The position numbers were made by a program, and so were the translations under genes. Under the pieces are notes generated by a model that saw only the letters and a program-made list of their open reading frames with translations, was not told the DNA's origin and ran no database searches. Below, piece by piece: positions 10,251 through 20,314 of a stretch of 64,000 bases of DNA. Every line of letters begins with the position of its first letter. Positions within the stretch are counted from its first letter, which is position 1. Source of the DNA: an uncultured Acidobacteriaceae bacterium (GTDB taxonomy: Bacteria; Acidobacteriota; Terriglobia; Terriglobales; Acidobacteriaceae); contig CAVRID010000017.1 of assembly GCA_963721155.1 (NCBI GenBank), forward strand, positions 863 to 64,862. Direction: 5' to 3'.

Positions 10251-10645
10251 CGGAGAGGTCCTTTCGCTAGGTACAACTTGTCCGAGGCCGAGCCCAAGAT
10301 CCGCCTCACTACATCTGGGCCACTTAAGTGCAGGATAGATAGCAACTTAGATTTCAGAGACCATATGCCCGTTCGTGTCGCGAAGTCAAGATATTTCTGA
10401 CTTAGAAATTGGCGTCCGTCGGCATTGCATTTTAGAGGTGTTTAGTTATCTGTATGGAGACGTTGTAGGTCTGAGAATGCGCGTGTGTTGGAACATAAGT
10501 CACTTCTACATTGCCAAGGCGCACTTCGGCCTATAAAACCAGATCTAGAGGTTGTCTGATATACCTTGGTGTGGCTTCGGCGAAGGGGATGAGGCCGGCT
10601 TCGATGGCGAACCTCTCCCCGCAGCATTCCCGAGGGCTTGAGCTT

Positions 10646-12280
10646 ATGAGGTCGTATTCAGCATTAGCGTCGATAGCTCTATTGGCATTTTCGGCCATAC
10701 TGGCTGACCAAGCTCAAGCTCAGAAGGGGAGCAACACCGAAGCTTCCCGTGATGATCACCCGACTGGATTTCACACTTCAGTTATTCACGAGGGAATCAC
10801 CATTAACGTTGCGATCCAGCCGCCACTTGACGCAGACCCCGGCGCCGCTCTCCTGGCGGGACACCAAGCAGTCTTTCGCCTGGCTTTATCTGATTCAGCG
10901 ACGGGGACGGCGCTACGCGGCCTGCATCCCTTGCTCTGGATTGGGCAACGCATGGAAGCAGGTCCGAATAGCTGCAAGACTCGGATCCAGTCCTACCTTG
11001 GCGGCGGGCTCTTTGTGCCGCGGCCTGATCTCAGCCTCGACAGCTATACTCTCGTGATCCTGAACAGTGATTCCAGCGTTGAAGTTGCTGCTCCTCACTT
11101 CGAATCGGGTAAGTCGCTGCTGCTGGCCCGAGTGCCTCTCCCGGGGCCCGGCGAAGATTGGGTTTTCGCAGAACAGCGCTCGCACCTCTTCGTCTCTGTG
11201 CCAACAGCCGACCGTGTGGCGATGATAGATACCAATTCCTGGCGTTTGTCGGTACTAACGAAAATCCGTCAACCGGCTCGCGTAGCGATCCAACCAGATG
11301 GCCGCAATGTATGGGTTGCTTATGGAGAAGTTGGCAACTCATCGGCGGATTCCGGAGTAGCAGCGCTCTCGGCGCAAAGCGGCAAGGAGCTTGCTCAATT
11401 GCGCACGGGGCGTGGAGGCCACGAAATTGCGTTCAGCAGTGACAGCCGTTATGTCTTCGTGACTAACCGCAGCGATAACACCGTTTCGCTGATCGATGTC
11501 GCTGCTTTACGAAAGGTGAAAGACTGGAGGGTACCCGCTCCAGTCTCGGTGGGTTTCTCCAGCCTTGCTGGCCTCGCATATGTTACCGCCGAGAATGGAA
11601 CGATATTCGGGATCGATGCAGAAAAGAATGCCATAACATCACAGCTATCTCTCGATCGAGGGTTAGGACGTATTCTGTTCTTTGGTGACAGTCGGTTAGG
11701 AATAGTTCTCAATCCCGAGATAGGGCGCATCTACATTTTTGATGCATCACGGAATCGCGTTGTTCAGACGGGCCTCGTATCCGCAAAACCCGATCGCATC
11801 GTCTTATCCGACCAGTTTGCTTACTTGCAATCCCTGGACTATGACACCGTTACGTTGCTGCCTCTCCCTCAACTAGGTACGGTGGACACACCCATTCCCA
11901 TGATCGAATTGCCATCGGGGGAGCGTCAACACCGAAGCGAAGTCGAGATCACGCTGGCGAACTCCATCGCTCCGGTGCCCGGAGAGAATTCCATTGTTAT
12001 AGCAAATTCTGCCGATCGCTCCGTCCACTATTACATGGAAGGCATGGCAGCACCAATGGGAACCTATAGCAACCACGGCGGGGAACCCCGTGCCGTTATC
12101 GCCATGGATAGTAGCCTGAGGGAAACATATCCGGGCATCTACGAAGCCAGCGCGAAGCTGCCTGCCGCCGGCGACTATGAGTTGGCAATCTTTCTGGACA
12201 GCCCACGCATTGGACAATGCATGCACGTGACGTTTAGCGCCCCAGGTGATGTCAACTCTGCGCCTCGGCAGGGTCCTTAG
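10646..12280 (+). CDS. Secreted YVTN-repeat beta-propeller protein
   Basis: ATG at 10646 gives the signal peptide 'MRSYSALASIALLAFSAILADQAQA'. 'RYVFVTNRSDNTVSLIDV' is a YVTN-type repeat. The gene diverges from the MCO gene. Confidence 0.7.
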   Translation: MRSYSALASIALLAFSAILADQAQAQKGSNTEASRDDHPTGFHTSVIHEGITINVAIQPPLDADPGAALLAGHQAVFRLALSDSATGTALRGLHPLLWIGQRMEAGPNSCKTRIQSYLGGGLFVPRPDLSLDSYTLVILNSDSSVEVAAPHFESGKSLLLARVPLPGPGEDWVFAEQRSHLFVSVPTADRVAMIDTNSWRLSVLTKIRQPARVAIQPDGRNVWVAYGEVGNSSADSGVAALSAQSGKELAQLRTGRGGHEIAFSSDSRYVFVTNRSDNTVSLIDVAALRKVKDWRVPAPVSVGFSSLAGLAYVTAENGTIFGIDAEKNAITSQLSLDRGLGRILFFGDSRLGIVLNPEIGRIYIFDASRNRVVQTGLVSAKPDRIVLSDQFAYLQSLDYDTVTLLPLPQLGTVDTPIPMIELPSGERQHRSEVEITLANSIAPVPGENSIVIANSADRSVHYYMEGMAAPMGTYSNHGGEPRAVIAMDSSLRETYPGIYEASAKLPAAGDYELAIFLDSPRIGQCMHVTFSAPGDVNSAPRQGP

Positions 12281-12351
12281 CAGTCTCTTCTGTCTGCAAT
12301 ACGGTTTTGCGATTGAGTCAATGTTTGGCGCAGGAAAGGTAGCAGAATGGA

Positions 12352-13920
12352 TCATTGAGCTGGTTGCGATGTCGTCTCCAGAATAGAAACTCGTTGGGCA
12401 CCCCAATGCTGCTTGGGAGCGTAAGTGAGGGGTAGACATACACCCGTCTGAAATTCTCGCAAGCTCTCGAGTGCAGTAATTAATCCCGCACGGGTGAGAC
12501 TTTTTCCCGCATTTCTGAGGCCCTCGACAAGAAGCGCCGATGCGCAATAGGCGGACTCCTGGAGCTCCAAGTCTAAAGGAGCTATGTGGTGCCTGTCGGC
12601 AAATACAGAGTAAACCTTTGAATCCGGCCACGCCGGGGAGGATAGAACAACCTTACCCCTGAACTCATGCCCAGCACTCTTCAATCGAATGCGGGAGGGA
12701 GAATGCGCGAGTAAGAGTACGCCGCTCCAGTAATCCCTCGTTGCCTGACCCAAAAACGCGGCTGCGTCGCTTGCCGATCCCAGGAAAAGAACCGCTCCTA
12801 CGCCGTTTTGGCTGACATGGTGAGTCACGCTCACCAATGTCGTCTTGCCTGCAAACGGCAGTCGTTTCAAACCGCGCCCGGTCCGCTCGGTGTAGAGATT
12901 CTCCAGATAGGCAAGCGTATCCTGAGATACCTGTCCCTCGGGGTAGACAATCGCCAGGTCGCCGTTCCAATCGCGCTTATCTGTAGCAGACGTCAGCAGC
13001 GCGGCCGCCATTTCCCTCGTCGATACCGAAAGGTAGAAAACTCTGGAATCCTCGGAAGGTTCTACCTCCATCTCGGAAGTCAACGGACCTACTATGGGGA
13101 GATCGTCGGCGGTCACAGTAGGATTGCCTTGGCCTATTCCCGAGGCGGCGGGCACATACGAGCTGACGAATGCCAATACATCGTCATCTTGTCTCTGGCG
13201 CGCGTCCAGTCGACGAGCAGGTTGCACGGCAGCATCCGCTCTAGTTACGACCAAGCTGAGGCGCCGGTTGTAAATGCCACCGTTTTGGCTGATATCATCA
13301 AAGTAGCCTTCAATCACCTGCTCAATCGACCTTCCGAGCTGTCCCGCCGGAAGAATGCTGCCGATGCGGATAATGCTTTCGCTCACGCCGGGAGCTCGTT
13401 CGTTTCCCAGGCACTGCATGTACGCGACCAGAGCATCCAGGTCAGCTTGCGCCATCTGAAACCTTGGCATCTGCTCAGCCAGCGTGTTTCCCGCTGGATC
13501 TATTCCCTCGCGAATTGCTCGCTTCAGGCTTTCTTGAGTGAAGGCAGCGTGTCTTCGTCCGTCAAGATGTTGGTGCCCTTGAGGCGAGCTGAGGCTCTTC
13601 CAGCTGATATCTCCTGACGACGTACCTCGTTCAGTCGTTCCCAATCCGCCAGAGCCATGACAAGAAGCACAACGAAATGCCGACGTCACTGCCTCGGTAT
13701 CTCCTACCCTGACTCGGAGACCCTCGCCGGAGACAGTGGTGCCTTGCAGGTAAATTTCTTTTCCTTGGCGTTGTCGCGCGGACAACGTGCACTGCGCTTC
13801 GGTTGCGTCGAGTCCACTAAGCGCGAACGCAGCTGTGAGCAGAGCAAAAAATGCCAGGTTGACTACAGGATGTGATCTTCGTTTTGAATGCAAGTCAGGA
13901 AACTCACCAGTCTTCCGCAT
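12352..13920 (-). CDS. Cytochrome c domain fused to a type-1 periplasmic solute-binding (Leu/Ile/Val-binding-like) domain
   Basis: It has a signal/TM segment, a single haem motif 'CASCH', and then a ~350-aa PBP1-like region. Confidence 0.65.
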   Translation of the reverse strand: MRKTGEFPDLHSKRRSHPVVNLAFFALLTAAFALSGLDATEAQCTLSARQRQGKEIYLQGTTVSGEGLRVRVGDTEAVTSAFRCASCHGSGGLGTTERGTSSGDISWKSLSSPQGHQHLDGRRHAAFTQESLKRAIREGIDPAGNTLAEQMPRFQMAQADLDALVAYMQCLGNERAPGVSESIIRIGSILPAGQLGRSIEQVIEGYFDDISQNGGIYNRRLSLVVTRADAAVQPARRLDARQRQDDDVLAFVSSYVPAASGIGQGNPTVTADDLPIVGPLTSEMEVEPSEDSRVFYLSVSTREMAAALLTSATDKRDWNGDLAIVYPEGQVSQDTLAYLENLYTERTGRGLKRLPFAGKTTLVSVTHHVSQNGVGAVLFLGSASDAAAFLGQATRDYWSGVLLLAHSPSRIRLKSAGHEFRGKVVLSSPAWPDSKVYSVFADRHHIAPLDLELQESAYCASALLVEGLRNAGKSLTRAGLITALESLREFQTGVCLPLTYAPKQHWGAQRVSILETTSQPAQ

Positions 13921-13935
13921 GCAAATTCCCGGCGC

Positions 13936-14637
13936 TCAGCGCGTGTCAGCCATGCTAAGAATGCAGTCCGCCAGATTCTGCGACGAACCTATCCCATTAA
14001 CGCGAGCCCACGAATTTGCAGATTGGTTCACGATGAGCACGAGAACAGAGTGATTTTGGCTTTGGTTCCCAGCCTCCCCCAGTGCCTGTAACAAGTTGTC
14101 GATTTCCGCCTTCCGACCGTTAACAGCGGTAACAAGAGTCCACCCGGGCTTGGCCTGGAATTGCGCAGCCCACGCTCGTAGCGCGGCAGGTGTATCGTTA
14201 ACCGGATCGACGCTGATCGAGATCAGCCTTATATCTCTTCCCAGCCGGTCACCGAGGAGCTTTTGCAGCTTACCAAAGGTTGCCCCCATCAGTGGGCAAG
14301 TCGTTCCGCACGAGGTATAGATGAAGTTAATCGCTACAGTCCGGCCTGCCACCAAATCAGTTCGGAAGCGCACTTCCCTGTTATTCTGGTCGACCAGTTC
14401 TGAATCCGGAATGGTATGTCCCTGGAACGAAGGGCAACCTTTCGCTTTCCCAGCATCCTCGACCTGCCGTTGGCTGGTTGAGGATTGAGACCAGAGTCGA
14501 GCGGGCACGAACGGGATTGCGAGCAGGGTCAAGTAGCAAATGTTGCGCTTAATGGAATGGAGCATCGCACTGATTTTGGTATCGCGCACCCGTGGCATGT
14601 TACCTCTCCGTTGGTCAGCGTGCTGCACATCATGCAA
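13936..14637 (-). CDS. SCO1/SenC family copper chaperone / thiol-disulfide protein
   Basis: 'INFIYTSCGTTCPLM' is a CxxxC motif in a thioredoxin fold, and there is a downstream conserved His ('NHSVLVLIV'). The true start may be an internal Met ('MLHSIKRN'). Confidence 0.85.
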   Translation of the reverse strand: MHDVQHADQRRGNMPRVRDTKISAMLHSIKRNICYLTLLAIPFVPARLWSQSSTSQRQVEDAGKAKGCPSFQGHTIPDSELVDQNNREVRFRTDLVAGRTVAINFIYTSCGTTCPLMGATFGKLQKLLGDRLGRDIRLISISVDPVNDTPAALRAWAAQFQAKPGWTLVTAVNGRKAEIDNLLQALGEAGNQSQNHSVLVLIVNQSANSWARVNGIGSSQNLADCILSMADTR

Positions 14638-14661
14638 ACCTGCGCTCGCCCTAGACCGATT

Positions 14662-15399
14662 CTATGGCTCAGTCGCAGCTACTGAATCGTCGGCTTTGAT
14701 GGGCTTCCTTCTGTCTCGTCGTTGGCGAAACCGCTCTTCTTCGGCCCAGCCTGCTGTACTGATATTTGCTCCGTGGGTTACGTAGCATGTGGTCGCGCGC
14801 GCTCCCACGATGTTTCCACGAAAACCCTTCTGGACGGCACTCATCACAACATCATCCGGCGTCCCCGGGTCGGCGGATCTCAGCGCTTCTTCGTAAGCGA
14901 CCGCAAACCGACGATTAAAGCATACCGAGTCCGACATGCAACCGGTCGGGTTAAGGTCGAACGGCGCGGCTGGAAAGTAAACGTGTTTACTGCGATATGG
15001 CAGGACAAGGATCTCCGCCAACCTGTTAATCGTGTAGTCAAACCCTTGTAGTTGTTCAACTCCGTGCTCGATATGACTTGCGTAAAAAAAATCGTCATCG
15101 TCGAACTTAAAAAACACCTCACAACCCGACTCGATCAGGCGCATCAATGGGACGCGATAAAATTCCGGTTCCTCTAATCGAGCCGGCGTGAAGTCATGAA
15201 TAACCTCCACCCCGGAGTTTGCGACAATTTCGAGCACGTCCTTTACCGCCCAAAGATAGCTGCGCTCGTGGTTGTTTTCATGAATAGCAATCACCGCGGG
15301 TCGCGTGTGCTGTGCCATGAGTTGAAGAACAGCAAGCCGAAGGAACAAAGGATTGCAATGCGTCGGAAGATAAACGCCGATTTTGTTCAATGTCGCCAT
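14662..15399 (-). CDS. Hypothetical GT-A-like protein (possible glycosyltransferase)
   Basis: ATG at 15399 avoids overlap with the upstream GT2 gene. An acidic 'FKFDDDDFF' DxD-like motif is present. No firm family was recognised. Confidence 0.4.
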   Translation of the reverse strand: MATLNKIGVYLPTHCNPLFLRLAVLQLMAQHTRPAVIAIHENNHERSYLWAVKDVLEIVANSGVEVIHDFTPARLEEPEFYRVPLMRLIESGCEVFFKFDDDDFFYASHIEHGVEQLQGFDYTINRLAEILVLPYRSKHVYFPAAPFDLNPTGCMSDSVCFNRRFAVAYEEALRSADPGTPDDVVMSAVQKGFRGNIVGARATTCYVTHGANISTAGWAEEERFRQRRDRRKPIKADDSVAATEP

Positions 15400-15437
15400 A
15401 TTTTGGTCTAAGGGGACTTTTGACTTCTCCTCGGAGC

Positions 15438-16241
15438 TTAGCCGTTCGGCGGTGGTGTCTCCAAGATTGCGGTGTCCTGAATATCCGGATACACGCGTTC
15501 GCCGAACATATCTTCCACGTACTTGAATCCCCACTTTTTCAAGAACACGTTTTTATCTTTCTGGTTCATTCTAAATTTCTGGTATTCACGGGACACCTCG
15601 AAGGGAGCTGAGCGATGCTCGACGATGCTACTGGGACAATAGACAACTTTTACACCCGCCTCTTTCGCACTCAAAAAAAAATCCTCATGCTCATAGCAAA
15701 CATTGATGTTCTCCTCCCAACGTACCCGACGGGCAAGCTCCGTTCTTGCGATGAAAAAGTTGAATGTCAAATCCGCTTCATAATAGGTGATTTCACGATG
15801 CAGGAGAGGCTTGCTGCGATCGATATCGCGATATTTCAATCCCCCGTCCGGCATGGGTACAAAGGTGGCCTCGTAATGTTGCGGCTCTCCCCGCTGGATA
15901 ACGGTTCCGCCCGCAAGATCAGCAATCGCCATCATCGAAACCAAGTCATGTAGCCTTGACTGCGAAATATAGCTGAAATCATCATCGCCGAGAAGAAAGA
16001 AGGGAGTGCTACAAGCATCGATCAGAGCGTTCCGGCCGACCGAGACGCCTGAGTTCCAAGGCAACCGAATATATTTCTCCACGCCCAAGCCCCTGAGTCT
16101 GCTCTCCTTTTCGCTCGTGAAATGACCGTCATCGGCAACCATGATCAGGATGCCGGGATAATGCTGTCTCAAGGTGCTTACGCAGTTGAAGCAAAAATCG
16201 TCTCTCAAGAATGTTTTGATTAACGCAGTAACATCTTTCAT
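15438..16241 (-). CDS. Glycosyltransferase family 2
   Basis: The N-terminal 'ALIKTF...ILIMVADDGH' and 'LLGDDDF' are GT2 (GT-A) DxD signatures. Confidence 0.75.
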   Translation of the reverse strand: MKDVTALIKTFLRDDFCFNCVSTLRQHYPGILIMVADDGHFTSEKESRLRGLGVEKYIRLPWNSGVSVGRNALIDACSTPFFLLGDDDFSYISQSRLHDLVSMMAIADLAGGTVIQRGEPQHYEATFVPMPDGGLKYRDIDRSKPLLHREITYYEADLTFNFFIARTELARRVRWEENINVCYEHEDFFLSAKEAGVKVVYCPSSIVEHRSAPFEVSREYQKFRMNQKDKNVFLKKWGFKYVEDMFGERVYPDIQDTAILETPPPNG

Positions 16242-16303
16242 CGTTTGAACACCGCGCCCATCGCTTTTGGATTTAAGCTCTCGCCCGAGTATTGCACGGA
16301 CAA

Positions 16304-17764
16304 TTAAAGCCCATTCACACTTGGAAAAACCCTCTCGATACGAAACTGCCTGGATGTCACACTGGTGGAAAGCGAACTATCTTCCAGTTTTAACTCTCCG
16401 CATTTTACCTTTTCAAAATCAGCTGACCACTGCCTGCCCAGACGCGATCGAAGGGGACTGCCGAACGCGGTTGCAGGAGCGGCTGTCAGTGAATCGCGGT
16501 GGCGTCGTCTGATATACAGAAATTTGTCCACATTACGGATCTTCAGATAAAAGAAGGCGCGCAAAAGGAATTGAGTGTCACTGGCAAATATCTGATCAGT
16601 TGAGAGGCCACCAGCAGAAAAGAATGCGGACCGTGTGATCATCAGTGTGGCATGCAGGAGAGCATGGCATGGGCCCGTCTTGAGCGCCGCCGAGACATCC
16701 AAAGGAAATCGCACCGCCGTGACCGTTCGACGGCTCTCGTCGACCCGCAATTCGTGCGATCCAATCATATCGCAATGCGTGGAGCTCATCTCATCACTCA
16801 ACGATGCGAATCGGTCGGTGCATGATAAGTCATCCGAGTCCTGAAAAGCTAACAGAGGCTCAGGGGATCTGGTGGCCAGATCCTGGCGGATGACAAACGG
16901 TCCGGCTGGCGACGGACTTGCCCTGAAGAAGTCGACCTCGGGGTGTTCCTGAATTAGATTGTCATACGCAGCGGGTGTATCTATGTCCAAGCCGACTCGA
17001 ATCCGTAGCGGTACGCCGCGACACCTCAACAAATATCGTAAAGCAATGCGTAAGTGGCGACGCCGGCCGCGATGCGCCATCAGAAGGGCCGTTGGGCCAT
17101 CGGAGCAGGTCGCAGTTATGGGACCGGACGAGGTGTCCGGAATTTGGCGCACAAAAATGTGATCCACATCGCTGATATCCCCGTTCAGAATCGCTTCGAG
17201 AAGCTCGTAACAGGCGTCCCTCGGAGAGAGGTCGGGACGAAGGGCGATTAGCTGTTTAAGCATCCCGGGTGTGCATAACAGAGAGGACACGTCTGGATCC
17301 GACGTGACGTCGACGTCCGTTGGGGCCGCCTCGCGTGGAACTAGGATCACCAAAGTCGACTGTGCAGTCAGTACTAATTTCAACAATAGATCAGCCGACT
17401 CAAGGAATTCTGCATACGACCGGCGGGCAAGGATCAATACCGAGTCTATCGGTTCTTCTAAAACGCTGGAGAGATTCAGAGTGCTGGTATTCCCTGAGTG
17501 GCTCACACAGTGTCTACCTGAAATGCCGGCTACGATCCAGGGGCTCTCGCCGCTGCCGGGGTGTCCAAAGTTTGGGCCTAGATTTGACAGGGTAGTCAGG
17601 AGTATATACACGGCACAGAAGTGGCGCAACGCCGCGCTATAGTATCCCCATGACAAGGGAGCATACGTCGGAGCTAGCAACGAGAGACGGTGGATAATTA
17701 GAACTGGCATAATCATCCCGCATCTCAAGCGCGCGCGTGTCTGGGGCAACGGGCTCGCTTCCAC
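16304..17764 (-). CDS. Two-part protein with a C-terminal GT2-like glycosyltransferase domain
   Basis: 486-aa ORF. 'ALLMAHRGRRRHLRIALRYL' and 'FQDSDDLSCTDRF' are GT-A-like. The N-terminal half is unassigned. Confidence 0.45.
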   Translation of the reverse strand: MEASPLPQTRARLRCGMIMPVLIIHRLSLLAPTYAPLSWGYYSAALRHFCAVYILLTTLSNLGPNFGHPGSGESPWIVAGISGRHCVSHSGNTSTLNLSSVLEEPIDSVLILARRSYAEFLESADLLLKLVLTAQSTLVILVPREAAPTDVDVTSDPDVSSLLCTPGMLKQLIALRPDLSPRDACYELLEAILNGDISDVDHIFVRQIPDTSSGPITATCSDGPTALLMAHRGRRRHLRIALRYLLRCRGVPLRIRVGLDIDTPAAYDNLIQEHPEVDFFRASPSPAGPFVIRQDLATRSPEPLLAFQDSDDLSCTDRFASLSDEMSSTHCDMIGSHELRVDESRRTVTAVRFPLDVSAALKTGPCHALLHATLMITRSAFFSAGGLSTDQIFASDTQFLLRAFFYLKIRNVDKFLYIRRRHRDSLTAAPATAFGSPLRSRLGRQWSADFEKVKCGELKLEDSSLSTSVTSRQFRIERVFPSVNGL

Positions 17765-18006
17765 ACGCGCGGAACTCCTACCTACTCATCAGGTGAAATC
17801 GCCATGGTCAAGGAAGGTTTGACGACGTCGATATTTGTCGCCCAGAAAGATATCAGGCATGTTGCCTCTTGCTGGGTGGCCTTCTTGGGCAATTCTGCGC
17901 GCACTCGGAAAACAAATGTGTTCGACACCCACTCTTAGGCGAACCTGCTTCTTGGATTCTCGTTCCCATCGAGTACCGAAGCTTGTAGCATAGACGCACT
18001 CTACAA

Positions 18007-19290
18007 ATGCGCCCGGCAACTCGAGGTTTCGTGATGCGGCTATCCCGCTCGCTCTTCCTGATCTACGTGGCAGGATTCTTGCGCTCACTCGGAGTTGGCT
18101 TGCTCGGTGTCATTCTAGGGGTCTACCTCTCCCGTGCTGGGATAGGCGCGACCAACATCGGGGTTTTGGTCGGTGCTGGCTTGCTTGGAGCGTGCGCTGC
18201 AACCGGGATGGTGACGTGGGCTGCGGCGCGCGTTGGGTACCGTACCTCGCTGGTGACGCTGTCATTGCTCGCCGCAGTGGGCGGCTTCGCACTCGCGGCC
18301 CTGCCGTCCTTTCCGGTCCTGCTGCTCCTGGTTTTCGTAGGCATGGTGAATGGGATGGGCACCGACCGAAGCGCTGCGTTTGCGCTGGAACAGGCCATCG
18401 TCCCCGGACTCGTTCCCGAACGAAGCAGAACATGGGGTTTGTCGTGGTACAACGTCTTGCTCGACAGCGGCGGAGCACTCGGCGCGCTTGGCGCCGCTCT
18501 GCCACTGGCTGTCAGCGCGTGGACGCACATTGACTTGATGGCCGCATACCGATACATCTTCCTGGGATATGGGGCGCTGCAGGTTGTCATTGCGGTTTTG
18601 TATCTTCGGCTTACCCTGGACAGCCAGCAACCGCACACGAAAACACCCGTCACAACCCAACCCATTGTTTCGCCGCAAAGCCGGAAGATCGTCCATCACA
18701 TCGCAGGATTGTTTGCCATTGACGCATTCGGTGGTGGCTTTCTTACCGACGCCCTGGTTGCGTACTGGTTTTTTCACCGCTTTGGCATTACTGAGCAGAA
18801 GCTGGGGGTCCTGTTTTTTACAGTCCACGTGCTGAATGCCATTTCACATCTGGGCGCTGCATGGATCGCACAACGAATCGGGCTTGTGAACACAATGGTG
18901 TTCACCCATTTGCCATCGAGCATTTTCCTCATCGCCGTGCCACTCGCATCCGGCCCGAAACTGGCAATTGCGCTGTTTCTTCTCAGAGAGACCTTCGTTG
19001 AGATGGACGTGCCGACGCGGCAGTCTTATGTTGCGGCGCTGGTAAAACCAGAGGAACGTCCGTACGCTAGCGGCATTACCAACCTCACCAGAACTGGTGG
19101 GTGGGCAGCGGCGGCGGCATTGTCGGGATTGTTGATGCAGCGGCTTGCGTTCTCAGCGCCGCTGGTCGTCGGTGGGACGCTGAAAATCGTTTATGACCTG
19201 CTGCTCTATCGCAACTTCCGCCACTTGAAGCCGCCGGAGGAGCAAATTGGGCCTCCCCTTACGGAGAGCTCAGTGCACACTACCAATTGA
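18007..19290 (+). CDS. MFS transporter
   Basis: 427 aa with about 12 hydrophobic helices and an MFS-like loop 'GMVNGMGTDRSA'. The start may be at 18034. Confidence 0.8.
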   Translation: MRPATRGFVMRLSRSLFLIYVAGFLRSLGVGLLGVILGVYLSRAGIGATNIGVLVGAGLLGACAATGMVTWAAARVGYRTSLVTLSLLAAVGGFALAALPSFPVLLLLVFVGMVNGMGTDRSAAFALEQAIVPGLVPERSRTWGLSWYNVLLDSGGALGALGAALPLAVSAWTHIDLMAAYRYIFLGYGALQVVIAVLYLRLTLDSQQPHTKTPVTTQPIVSPQSRKIVHHIAGLFAIDAFGGGFLTDALVAYWFFHRFGITEQKLGVLFFTVHVLNAISHLGAAWIAQRIGLVNTMVFTHLPSSIFLIAVPLASGPKLAIALFLLRETFVEMDVPTRQSYVAALVKPEERPYASGITNLTRTGGWAAAAALSGLLMQRLAFSAPLVVGGTLKIVYDLLLYRNFRHLKPPEEQIGPPLTESSVHTTN

Positions 19291-19591
19291 ACGGATACGA
19301 AAGATCGGCTGCTTACTCGTCGGTGATTCCGCATGTGTCCGTGGCAGTCAGCCATGATGGTTCATCGGAGCTTGCCAATACGAGACAATTGGGTGTCGCA
19401 ATTCATTCTCTCAGGATGGCCAAAGCTCGGCGAAATGATCTATTCCAGCGAGCACGTGTGTCTCATGCGAATGAACGGTGTATTGGGGTCATGTCTGGCC
19501 GATTGAGGAAGCGGATGCACCCTAAACAGTATTTGTAAGAAATTCAGAATCGCTGTTGATTCCGGGACGATCCCCGGCCGGAAGGCTTCGA

Positions 19592-20170
19592 ATGTTCTAT
19601 ATACCTGTCATTCTTGGCAGTATCCGAACAAACAGAGAGAGCGCTAAAGTCGCCGACTTCGCGGTTCGTACGCTGGAAACGCGGAGCGCCGTCAGCACCG
19701 AACTGCTGGACCTGAGAGAACTAAATCTCCCCATGATGGAGGAGAGGCTCAGGTTTGCGGACAACCCGCCTCCCAGGGTTAGCGCCTTCAGTTCGAAAAT
19801 CAACCAGGCAGATTCGGTTGTCATTGTCACCCCGGAATACAACGGGGGGTATCCTGGAGTACTTAAGAACGCGCTTGATTACCTGAAGAGTGAGTACAAA
19901 CGAAAACCATTCGGAATCATTACCGTTTCCGTTGCAGACACCGGCGGAATTCTGTGTCTGGTTTCACTACGGCAAATGATCCTTCATCTGGGAGGAATAC
20001 CTATTCCAGCGCCATTACTTGCCACACGGGTGCAGGAATTGTTCGATCCTGACGGAACACTTTCTGATACGCGATTCGCAAAACATGCCAACATTTTTTT
20101 TGATGAGCTTCTGTGGCTTACGGAAGCGCTGGCAACCCAAAGAAGGAAAGATTGCGGCACTATGGCTTGA
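19592..20170 (+). CDS. NAD(P)H-dependent FMN reductase (FMN_red family, SsuE/MsuE-like)
   Basis: ATG at 19592 follows GGAAGG. 'VIVTPEYNGGYPGVLKNALDYL' is the family signature. Confidence 0.8.
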   Translation: MFYIPVILGSIRTNRESAKVADFAVRTLETRSAVSTELLDLRELNLPMMEERLRFADNPPPRVSAFSSKINQADSVVIVTPEYNGGYPGVLKNALDYLKSEYKRKPFGIITVSVADTGGILCLVSLRQMILHLGGIPIPAPLLATRVQELFDPDGTLSDTRFAKHANIFFDELLWLTEALATQRRKDCGTMA

Positions 20171-20314
20171 ATCTGGACTCCCCAATTGTTGTTACGCCAG
20201 CTGCAATTTGCAGGCCTGCCACCTGCCATAAACGGTCATAAGAGCGTAACGTCTGTCTTGCCCGTCGCCTCTCGTAGCTTTTCGTCATTCGTCGGTAAAA
20301 GCGTAACAACTTCG

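Noticed and set aside
14662-15534. The longer version of the GT-A-like ORF starting at 15534
   Set aside because: It would overlap the upstream GT2 gene by ~100 nt. The internal ATG at 15399 removes the overlap.
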